The notes beneath the pieces were generated by a model. The model had not been told where the DNA came from. It made no database searches and worked only from the letters and a program-made list of their open reading frames with translations. DNA of 64,000 nt. Origin: Eledone cirrhosa. Taxonomy: Eukaryota. Position 1 is the stretch's first letter. Each line of letters starts with the position of its first letter. Both the position numbers and the translations under genes were made by a program. This document shows, piece by piece, positions 53,346 through 64,000 of the stretch. Location of the stretch: NCBI GenBank assembly GCA_964016885.1, contig OZ024742.1:107198001-107262000 (forward strand). Reading direction: 5' to 3'.

Positions 53346-56300
53346 TTCTTGTGGCTAAGTTAGAAGGGTTAGAACAATGTTGTGATTGGTTTTGTAAGGC
53401 CTTTCTTGTGGCTAAGTTAGAAGGGTTAGGGCAATGTTGTGATTGGTTTTGTAAGGCCTATCTTGTGGCTAAGTTAGAAGGGTAAGGGCAATGTTGTGAT
53501 TGGTTTTGTAAGGCCTATCTTGTGGCTAAGTGAGAAGGGTAAGGGCAATGTTGTGATTGGTTTTGGTAAGGCCTTTCTTGTGGCTAAGTTAGAAGGGTTA
53601 GGACAATGTTGTGATTGGTTTTGGTAAGGCCTTTCTTGTGGCTAAGTTAGAAGGGTTAGGACAATGTTGTGATTGGTTTTGGTAAGGCCTTTCTTGTGGC
53701 TAAGTTAGAAGGGTTAGGACAATGTTGTGATTGGTTTTGGTAAGGCCTTTCTTGTGGCTAAGTTAGAAGGGTTAGGGCAATGTTGTGATTGGTTTTGGTA
53801 AGGTATTTCTTGTGGCTAAGTTAGAAGGGTTAGGACAATGTTGTGATTGGTTTTGGTAAGGCCTTTCTTGTGGCTAAGTTAGAAGGGTTAGGACAATGTT
53901 GTGATTGGTTTTGGTAAGGCCTTTCTTGTGGCTAAGTTAGAAGGGTTAGGACAATGTTGTGATTGGTTTTGGTAAGGCCTTTCTTGTGGCTAAGTTAGAA
54001 GGGTTAGGACAATGTTGTGATTGGTTTTGGTAAGGCCTTTCTTGTGGCTAAGTTAGAAGGGTTAGGGCAATGTTGTGATTGGTTTTGTAAGGCCTTTCTT
54101 GTGGCTAAGTGAGAAGGGTAAGGGCAATGTTGTGATTGGTTTTGGTAAGGCCTTTCTTGTGGCTAAGTTAGAAGGGTTAGGACAATGTTGTGATTGGTTT
54201 TGGTAAGGCCTTTCTTGTGGCTAAGTTAGAAGGGTTAGGACAATGTTGTGATTGGTTTTGGTAAGGCCTTTCTTGTGGCTAAGTTAGAAGGGTTAGGGCA
54301 ATGTTGTGATTGGTTTTGTAAGGCCTTTCTTGTGGCTAAGTTAGAAGGGTTAGGGCAATGTTGTGATTGGTTTTGGTAAGGCCTTTCTTGTGGCTAAGTT
54401 AGAAGGGTTAGGACAATGTTGTGATGGGTTTTGTAAGGCCTATCTTGTGGCTAAGTTAGAAGAGTTAGGACAATGTTGTGATTGGTTTTGGTAAGGCCTT
54501 TCTTGTGGCTAAGTTAGAAGGGTTAGGGCAATGTTGTGATTGGTTTTGTAAGGCCTTTCTTGTGGCTAAGTTAGAAGGGTTAGGACAATGTTGTGATTGG
54601 TTTTGGTAAGGCCTTTCTTGTGGCTAAGTTAGAAGGGTTAGGGCAATGTTGTGATTGGTTTTGTAAGGCATTTCTTGTGGCTAAATTAGAAGAGTTAGGA
54701 CAATGTTGTGATTGGTTTTGTAAGGCCTATCTTGTGGCTAAGTTAGAAGGGTAAGGGCAATGTTGTGATTGGTTTTGTAAGGCCTTTCTTGTGGCTAAGT
54801 TAGAAGGGTTAGGACAATGTTGTGATTGGTTTTGTAAGGCCTTTCTTGTGGCTAAGTTAGAAGGGTTAGGACAATGTTGTGATGGGTTTTGTAAGGCCTT
54901 TCTTGTGGCTAAATTAGAAGAGTTAGGACAATGTTGTGATTGGTTTTGTAAGGCCTATCTTGTGGCTAAGTGAGAAGGGTAAGGGCAATGTTGTGATTGG
55001 TTTTGTAAGGCCTATCTTGTGGCTAAGTTAGAAGAGTTAGGACAATGTTGTGATTGGTTTTGTAAGGCCTATCTTGTGGCTAAGTGAGAAGGGTAAGGGC
55101 AATGTTGTGATTGGTTTTGTAAGGCCTATCTTGTGGCTAAGTTAGAAGAGTTAGGACAATGTTGTGATTGGTTTTGTAAGGCCTTTCTTGTGGCTAAGTT
55201 AGAAGGGTTAGGACAATGTTGTGATTGGTTTTGTAAGGCCTTTCTTGTGGCTAAGTTAGAAGGGTTAGGACAATGTTGTGATTGGTTTTGGTAAGGCCTT
55301 TCTTGTGGCTAAGTTAGAAGGGTTAGGACAATGTTGTGATTGGTTTTGTAAGGCCTTTCTTGTGGCTAAGTTAGAAGGGTTAGGACAATGTTGTGATTGG
55401 TTTTGTAAGGCCTTTCTTGTGGCTAAGTTAGAAGGGTTAGGACAATGTTGTGATTGGTTTTGTAAGGCCTTTCTTGTGGCTAAGTTAGAAGGGTTAGGAC
55501 AATGTTGTGATTGGTTTTGGTAAGGCCTTTCTTGTGGCTAAGTTAGAAGGGTTAGGACAATGTTGTGATTGGTTTTGGTAAGGCCTTTCTTGTGGCTAAG
55601 TTAGAAGGGTTAGGACAATGTTGTGATTGGTTTTGGTAAGGCCTTTCTTGTGGCTAAGTTAGAAGAGTAAGGACAATGTTGTGATTGGTTTTGGTAAGGC
55701 CTTTCTTGTGGCTAAGTTAGAAGGGTTAGGACAATGTTGTGATTGGTTTTGGTAAGGCCTTTCTTGTGGCTAAGTTAGAAGGGTTAGGACAATGTTGTGA
55801 TTGGTTTTGTAAGGCCTTTCTTGTGGCTAAGTTAGAAGGGTTAGGGCAATGTTGTGATTGGTTTTGGTAAGGCCTTTCTTGTGGCTAAGTTAGAAGGGTT
55901 AGGACAATGTTGTGATGGGTTTTGTAAGGCCTTTCTTGTGGCTAAGTTAGAAGGGTTAGGACAATGTTGTGATGGGTTTTGGTAAGGCCTTTCTTGTGGC
56001 TAAGTTAGAAGGGTTAGGACAATGTTGTGATTGGTTTTGTAAGGCCTTTCTTGTGGCTAAGTTAGAAGGGTTAGGACAATGTTGTGATGGGTTTTGTAAG
56101 GCCTTTCTTGTGGCTAAGTTAGAAGGGTTAGGGCAATGTTGTGATTGGTTTTGTAAGGCCTTTCTTGTGGCTAAGTTAGAAGGGTTAGGACAATGTTGTG
56201 ATGGGTTTTGTAAGGCCTTTCTTGTGGCTAAGTTAGAAGGGTTAGGACAATGTTGTGATGGGTTTTGTAAGGCCTTTCTTGTGGCTAAGTTAGAAGGGTT

Positions 56301-56903
56301 AGGACAATGTTGTGATTGGTTTTGTAAGGCCTTTCTTGTGGCTAAGTTAGAAGGGTTAGGACAATGTTGTGATGGGTTTTGTAAGGCCTTTCTTGTGGCT
56401 AAGTTAGAAGGGTTAGGGCAATGTTGTGATTGGTTTTGTAAGGCCTTTCTTGTGGCTAAGTTAGAAGGGTTAGGACAATGTTGTGATGGGTTTTGTAAGG
56501 CCTTTCTTGTGGCTAAGTTAGAAGGGTTAGGGCAATGTTGTGATTGGTTTTGTAAGGCCTTTCTTGTGGCTAAGTTAGAAGGGTTAGGACAATGTTGTGA
56601 TTGGTTTTGTAAGGCCTTTCTTGTGGCTAAGTTAGAAGGGTTAGGACAATGTTGTGATTGGTTTTGTAAGGCCTTTCTTGTGGCTAAGTTAGAAGGGTTA
56701 GGACAATGTTGTGATGGGTTTTGTAAGGCCTTTCTTGTGGCTAAGTTAGAAGGGTTAGGGCAATGTTGTGATTGGTTTTGGTAAGGTATTTCTTGTGGCT
56801 AAGTTAGAAGGGTTAGGACAATGTTGTGATTGGTTTTGGTAAGGCATTTCTTGTGGCTAAGTTAGAAGGGTTAGGGCATTGTCATGATTGGTTTTGTAAG
56901 GCT
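53346..56903. repeat. 57/58-bp minisatellite, about 62 copies
   Basis: Unit tttcttgtggctaagttagaagggttaggacaatgttgtgattggtttt(g)gtaaggcc. Confidence 0.97.
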
Positions 56904-58349
56904 TCTATGACTAGATAGAAAGAAATCACAACTCATGGATTGCTGTAGTATGGAGTATTACATTAAGGTATTGAGTTATCCTCTGACAGAGGATAGTGGG
57001 GGAAATGCATTGAAATTCCCACTCACATGACTTACTCCTGCAGGTGGTCAACCCCATCCCTTTGGAGTGACCTTATTAACCTCTCGGCCATGCCTTATAA
57101 TCTACTGTAGTTTTATGATTGATATCAATGAACTGAAGAAGAAAAGAAAAAAAAACCCAGGCTAAATAACATTAACAGTGGGCACAGATATGTGTATTGT
57201 ATGTACACATAACGCAGAGTATTATTAAAAATTCAGGTGTAATCCTAGATATGTCTGCGTCATCATGGGAAGTTGATATCCAGGTAATTAATAAACAGGC
57301 GGAATAAATTGCAGAGACAATATATTAAATGCTGTTGAAGAAAAAAAAAGCAAAGTGGATATTACAGGCAGTAATCCTCCATCAGGACAGAAAGAGGGAG
57401 AAGGGAAAGAAATGTGTTGCGTAGGGTGGAAAGAAATGTTTATTCAGGAGTTAGTTATCCTCAGTAAATACTAAGTTACTAAATTTTTCGATGTAATCGT
57501 TAAATCATAACCTATTTCTGAAGTGTGTGTTAGAATATGTAACTAAAGAAATTGTGCTTGCTTGTTTGTTGATGTCCTCTAAATAGTCCAATATTATATA
57601 AGTTATTCCAGAAGTTTGCAGTTCATGATTATGTGTTGTTCTTGAAGTGTATGACAACAGGTTTTGTGGTTGTTTTGCACAGAGGCAGTACCATAGCCAA
57701 TGAGGGTTATCCGAGGCATGGTTATTGCTAGTTGAAAACTATAAAAGATCTTTCTGTATTATATGTTTAGAGAGGAGTTTCTGTGTATGTGCATGTGTGT
57801 TTTAAAACCATCGGAGGAGGGCCTGTGCCCTTAATTTTTGCAAGCTCTCTCAAATTGATGCAACTGATTTTCAGCTTGAAAATTGACAGATTGAAATCTG
57901 TGGAGATAAATGTGGATAGATACGAGACAAAAAGGGAAACTTTACAGAATCACCCACCCTGCTTGAAATAGTAGCCAAATCTCATGTAAATCACACCCAA
58001 TAAAAAAAAAATGGATATATTAGATAATGGGTATATTATAAGATGTGGTGATCATGATTGGAATGTATTTGATCATAAGTATGCTAAATCAAAATTGACT
58101 TCAGGCTCACAACATGGATAGATATAGAGCTGCTGAGAGCATAGGTGTTTGTATGAAGTTGATATTTTTCTTATTTTCAGCTATATTGTTAGTAAAAATG
58201 TGTTGTAAACCTCTGATAAAAATTAGGATTCATAAATTCAGTTTTAACTGTGTGTGCCTTTCTACAACCATGCGTACATTCTCCTGGTTATTTCTTTGTT
58301 TACAGCAACCTCTTCTTTTAACCCCCCCCCCTCCTCTCTACCAGAAACA

Positions 58350-59775
58350 GGTTTTCTCCACTTTTGTTGACCTAGAGAAAGCTCTTGACAGAGTTCCCTG
58401 TTCCATTATCCAGGTCTTAAAGTTCTAGTATGTAGAAAGGAAAACAGGGCCCAGATTCCCTCAGGGAAATGGCCTTGCTCAGTGTGCAGAAAAGGAGTAG
58501 GTAGAAATTCCATACTCTGTCCCAAATGCAAACTATGTGTACAGATGTAGTGCAATCTCAGGCAGCTTAGCAAAGAACATAGGTTTTACATGTGGCTGAT
58601 GCACAGATGCAGTAAGTAGCAAGAGCCTACAGGATACAAGCTCCTTTAAATGCCCAGAGGGTTCTGTAGTAGTAGTAGTAGATAGTTTCTGTTACCTGGG
58701 TGACCAAATTAGCAGTGGAGGAGGGTGTTCTGAAAGCATAATAGCCAGAGTGAGAATGGTTTGGAGAAAGTTCAGGGAGCTACTACCGCTGGTAACTACA
58801 AAAGGTTTTCCCCTTAAAATGAAGGGCAGATTGTATGATGCATGTGTACAAACAGCAATGTTGCATGGTAGTGAAACCTGGGCACTGTGTGCAGAGGACC
58901 TGCGGAAATTGGAAAGTAATGAAGCTTCCATGCTTCGATGGATGTATAGTAGTAATATACATGAACAGCAAAGCATAAATGAACTGAGAGAGAAACTGGG
59001 CACAAAAGGGATTAGATGCAGTGTGTAGTAGAGGAGATTGTGTTGGTATGGATATGTGATGCTTATGAAGGATGATAGCTGTATAAAAAGGTGCAGGGTG
59101 CTCAAAGTTGATGGAAGCTATGGAGTAGGAAGATCTAGAAGGGCCTCGGATGATGTAATAAAAGCTGACCTTGCACAATTGCACCTCACAAAGGTGATGA
59201 CACAGGATTGTGATCTCTAGCATTATGCAATAACACAGAAGACCCCGCCTTCCCATGTTTATGGGTTGAGGCATACATCTAGTATGCGGCATCTTCCCCT
59301 CCATCACTCTTTCCATATACCTCCCATGTGGCATTCCACCCACGTCCTAACACCCACCCATGCCCCTAGATCTCCCTCCTCAATCCCGATGCACCTCTCC
59401 CACCTAAGTCCCCAGTCCACACTATAAAGTGGTTGTTTTTGGTGCCATGACAAGTCGCACCCAGTCTACACAGTAAAGTGGTTGTGTAGGTGTCACAACA
59501 AAAAGTGCTCACTTCACACTGTAAAGTGGTTGTGTAGGTGTCACAACAAAAAGTGCCCAGTCCACACTGTAAAGTGGTTGTGTAGGTGTCACAACAAAAA
59601 GTGCCCAGTCCACACTGTAAAGTGGTTGGCATTAGGAAGGGCTTCCAACCGTAGAAACCAAGCCAAAATCAGTTCTGTATGAGCAAGACACGGTCATCCA
59701 ACCTGGCAGGTTTCACCACAGGACAGTTCATCTAATCCATGCTAGCATGGAAAATGGATGTTAAACAGTGATGAT
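58350..59775 (+). mobile_element. Decayed RTE LINE 3' part with expanded 48-bp UTR repeats
   Basis: FVDLEKALDRVP, internal deletion, YLGDQI, MLHGSETWAL, WYGYVM; about five cactgtaaagtggttg units at 59410-59630. Confidence 0.9.
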
Positions 59776-59857
59776 GAAAAGGAGGCTTGGCTATAAGGTT
59801 AAGGTGTTTGAATACCACAACGTGGTACCATGGGCATGTATCTACCACTATAGCTTT

Positions 59858-60240
59858 ACTTCTTCTTCTTTTCATATCTTCGAAGCATGTGGTTATGACA
59901 GTTTCCCATTTCTTTACACAGTCCTTTGCATTATTATTAAATTCTGCGAGATCTTTTAATCTGCACTGGTTGGGTAGTAGAGGGCAAACAAGGCAGTGCT
60001 GCATCGTATGATCCTGCTCTCTACATTTGCAGATGGTTGGGCCGGTCTTGTAGCCGCATCTGGCCATAGCAGCTTTTGATCACTCCATTCCTGTTCTCAG
60101 GCGGTTGAGTGTCTTCCACTGGACCCATCGTGCTTCTGAGCCAGGAGGGAGGGCTTCAGAAGGGGAGATTCCCATGTCAATAGGAGGGGAGTCATTCTCT
60201 AGCTTTCTAGTCCATAGCTGTACTTATATCTTTGGAAGGT
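59858..60240 (-). mobile_element. Ingi/Vingi-like LINE 3' end
   Basis: WVQWKTLNRLRTG...MARCGY...CKC..QDHTMQHCLVCP; (GAA)n tail. Confidence 0.7.
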
Positions 60241-60847
60241 AAATTGGCTAACTGAAATTGTGAAGAAATCCATTGATGTGTGTGTGTGTGTTCATCTCTG
60301 TGATTATGTTTACACCAGTTTTAAAATGGTATTATAGCAACAACTGTGTTAATGTTGCTTTCCCTGTTAAAGCTGGGGTCAGCCTTGCAGCCCCCATGAT
60401 ATGATTTTCTATTTTATCTATTACTTGCATCACCTCTCACCAGCCTCCTGGCCTTCAATCTCCCTTCATTATCTCCAGTCATGTCTTTCTTGGTCTTTCT
60501 TTTCTTCCGCATTTATATTCATCACTTCTCTCACCCAGTCATTTTCATCCTCTACAATTTATTGGTTGTCTTCCTCTCTCTGAGGAATACTCTACTCATC
60601 CTTTGAACCATTCTCATTTCTGTTCTTTCCAGCCTTCTCTGCTGTTCCACATTCATCACTCATGTTTTGCTCTCATAAATCATGGCACTTCTCACATGCA
60701 GCATACACCTTTCCCTTTAATTTCAGCAGTACTCACCTCCTTATTCACATACTACACAATATTGTTCCACTGGATTGGTAAGAATTAATTCCGTTGATTG
60801 TCAGGTGAATATTATTTTAAAAAATTTTTAATTATACTTTCCAAGAA

Positions 60848-60941
60848 ACCTTCTGAAGAGAGAATCTTCTTCCAGTGTTGTCTGCTTTAATTTATTGAGA
60901 TAGTCAACACTGTTTCTTGCTTCTCAAAACTGCGGTCAGGT
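60848..60941 (+). ncRNA. Hammerhead motif with a G12A lesion
   Basis: acctt-CTGAAGA-gagaa..cagtgttg..caacactg..ttctc-aAAA-c tgcg g-TC|aggt. Confidence 0.6.
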
Positions 60942-61125
60942 GAAAATGTGAGTGAAGTTTTCATGTTTTAGGTTGCTTTACTGGGAATCTACCCCTCAGT
61001 AACTTTGCATAAGTAATTTTCTGAATTAGATATATTTTAGCGATCTTTTCATTGAGATGTTCTGTGTATTAGTGATAAATAACTTTCTAAATGATATATA
61101 TATATTCATATATATATATATATAT

Positions 61126-61300
61126 CACACTGTAATGTAAATGTGGTTGGTGTTAGGAAGGGCATCCAGCCGTAGAAGACCTGCCAGATAGTCCTATATG
61201 AGCGAGACACAGTCACCCGACCAACCTTGCCTCAAGTGGGACAACTCCCGTCTAACCCATGCTAGCGTGGAAGATGGACGTTAAGCGAGGATGATGATGA
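61126..61300 (+). mobile_element. RTE 3' end inserted in (TA)n
   Basis: Family motif, GAT tail, TA flanks. Confidence 0.85.
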
Positions 61301-61739
61301 TATATATATAATATTGACTACAGTGTAACACCAAACGTGCAGTACTGCATCCGCAACTAGACCCACTTAAGCATCGAGTTCTGAAACTGGTCAACCAATT
61401 TGAACTTAAAGTTTTAAGATAAATATTAACTCTAAAATAAAGTTTTGTATTATAGAACCAGGGCTAGTTTCATGCAATTTGGTGTTAAAAGGTTTAAAAT
61501 AGTGAGCTGTACCTTGTATAGCTAGGTGAGATGAGCCAATGAGAGTTAAATACCAGGAAGACAGCATAGTGTGTGTGATAGGACGGGAACTGATGGTATT
61601 TGAATCAATTGTAGACCAAGAAGTTAACATCCCAGCCAACAGTATGATTTTGTATTTGTTAAACATTGATAGTATTTTAGCTAGTATGTGGTGTAAAGGT
61701 GAGATGGACAAGTGCTAATAGTAGGTCATAAGTCAAGTG

Positions 61740-62125
61740 TAGTGGATTGGCAGAATTGGTAGACCATGATAAAATGTCATTGTAGTATTTGTTCTGGTGT
61801 TTTACATTCTGAGTTCAAATATCACCAATGACATCTTTGCCTTTCTGGGGTTGATAAAATAAATTATCAGTGAAGGACTGAGATTGTTTTAATCAACTTT
61901 GTCCTTCTCCTAAATTTGTTGGTTTTGTGCCTAAACTAGAAGTCAATATTAGCTCATTTGTAAGGGTGGTGAATTCGTGAATTCAAATCTTGAAGGTCAA
62001 CTTTGCCTTCCATCCTTCTGGGGTCAATAAAATAAAGTATTAGTCAAGTACTAGGATTGATTTCATCAACTTTCCCTTTCCCCAAAATTTACTTTCCTAA
62101 ATTTGTGTCTAAATTAGAAATCAAT
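61740..62125 (+). mobile_element. Two tandem SINE copies with Meta-like core
   Basis: Family match; the second copy has an internally deleted head. Confidence 0.75.
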
Positions 62126-63069
62126 ATTAGATCATTAATTTAAATCTGCTACAGCCTTTGCATTGTGTATCAGAGCAGAACATTTTATTCTACATTGCCC
62201 CAGTCAATCTATTTGTCTGTAATAGGTACCATACCATTCTAGGAATGTTAACTGCAATAGACTAATGTTCTCCCCATGATAATATTTATCTCTCATCTTA
62301 TACTATGGTTCTTTACTTAAGTATCGGCTCTTAAAATCCACCTGCAGCGTAGCAAACAATATAGTGTGTAGGGCATGGATTAAATTTCCATTCAGCTCAT
62401 TCAATTACTTAATGAAAAATTAAATTATTCTGCAATACCAGCTGCAAGATAATTAATAGTTGAGTAGGTGAAAGCAGATCTAATACATTAAATATCTAAA
62501 GTAATATTAAAATACCTAAAGTGTATTGAGATTTATAAACATATTCAGTCTCGGAGCTTCTTCAGCAAAGTGAAGTCTTCTCATAATTTGTTGAAGTATT
62601 AGCATTTGAATCACTCAACAAACATCTAGAAATGTATATTTGTTGATGTTGAGTGAGAGGATTTATAAATGATTTATAAATCATTAATGATTATTGGAAG
62701 AGCCTTATTATTGCCTGGTGACAAAAATAATTGCTGTACTCTTCTTTGTTGCATGATGGAAATATCAAACTAAGGTCTTTCTAACAGGGCTAGGTTTGTA
62801 CTAGGAAAGTGCAAGGAACTGTTGTTTTTGTTATTGTACTGTTTAGAAAGTTACCTGTCAAAACTGATTAACCCTTTTGTTACCATTTTTCTAATGAATG
62901 ACATTGCTTATAATTTTCAAATAATATTCTCATTATCAAGCTGGTATTTGGAACATAACTTAACAAAGGTTCTTACATAAAATTATGATGGAAGGTTTTA
63001 ATTTCAATAAATATAAACACTTTAACAAAAAGTTATTAGATAAAATTATGTTTGGAAAGTTTTAATATG

Positions 63070-63212
63070 CTTAGAAACCTAGCCGGAAAAAGTCCTATAC
63101 GAGATAGACATTGGCACCTGACCCAATTTACCTCAAATGGGACGACCCATCTAACCCATGCTAGCGTGGAAAATGGACGTTAAACGATGTTGATGATGAT
63201 GATGACGATGAT
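63070..63212 (+). mobile_element. RTE 3' end
   Basis: ctaacccatgctagcgtggaaaatggacgttaaacgatg tail. Confidence 0.8.
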
Positions 63213-64000
63213 GTATGCACACTGTAAAACGGATAGCTTTGTATTTTACCATAGAACCAGAAGCAGTTTCAGGCAGTTTAGTACATAAAGGATTAAGCTG
63301 AGCTAGACATTCCTTCCTTCTAGACTATTCTGTAATTTTGTGTATGTTGGATTACATTATCTAATGTGTTCTTTTTTATTTTTAAGATAGTAGGATGTGA
63401 TTTGTTCTTTCTAGTAGGTCAAGTGGCTGCATATAGGCTCCCTCTTCCTCTCATAGCACTGTTTTGTCAGACAGATGGAGGTTATTATGAGTGTAGTTGC
63501 ATCTTAATATACCCTTCACAACTATAAAAGTAGGGTTAATAGAGGGTACAATGAAGAATGACTGAAAGTTACCTTAGCAATTTATTAGTCCCCAAATTTT
63601 TGGGATTAGCTATCCATTATGAAGGTGTGTGTGTGTGTGGGGTGGGGGGGGGGCAGAGAAATAAGAGATTTCCTTAAACAACTACCAGGAAGGAAATTTC
63701 TGATTGTGACATTCTAAAACACATACCCACTGTTCAATTTCATAAATGATGTCTTAACCAACAGGATAAGCTTTGTCATGAGAGAGAAGGGATATAGATA
63801 GATAGTTAGAGAGAGACAGAGAAAAAGAGAGAGATCAAGATTGTTAAATTCAAAGAATTGATGATTTTTCGTATAGATTATATATATATTAGCAAAAGTT
63901 CACATATAAAAATGGACTTAAACAACAAACAAATACAATTTCCTACATTAGGATGGGATTATATTAATATAGTCAGGTTGTACAGCACCTTTTAAAAAAA

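Noticed and set aside
54791-56784. Cys-rich repeat ORFs (FCKAFLVAKLEGLGQCCDW)n
   Set aside because: By-product of a 57-bp unit. Frequent 58-bp variants and stop-containing variants break the frame.
53346-56903. CRISPR-like array
   Set aside because: Contiguous repeats with no unique spacers, no cas genes, and a eukaryotic context.

Overview
AT-rich, repeat-dominated eukaryotic DNA. The SINE/RTE repertoire and microsatellite load suggest a cephalopod such as octopus, but that is inference. It holds many decayed RTE-clade LINE copies and their (GAT)n-tailed 3' ends, tRNA-derived SINEs with a Meta-like core, Tc1/mariner and piggyBac-type MITEs, a hAT element with 8-bp TSD, CRE- and Vingi-like fragments, a ~5.9-kb C(TA)n array and a ~3.6-kb 57-bp minisatellite. 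No intact recognisable gene is present, though a tentative 4-exon + strand gene of ~144 aa can be assembled. The main unexplained signal is about a dozen type-I hammerhead ribozyme motifs from several unrelated small non-coding elements, many beside (TA)n. The best case is a young 595-bp tandem repeat (26822-28097) with Penelope-like architecture. Each unit carries a hammerhead with the compensatory U3:A8 core (UUGAUAA) and a palindromic helix III, which predicts release of a 595-nt retrozyme-like RNA. All alignments and folds were done by eye.
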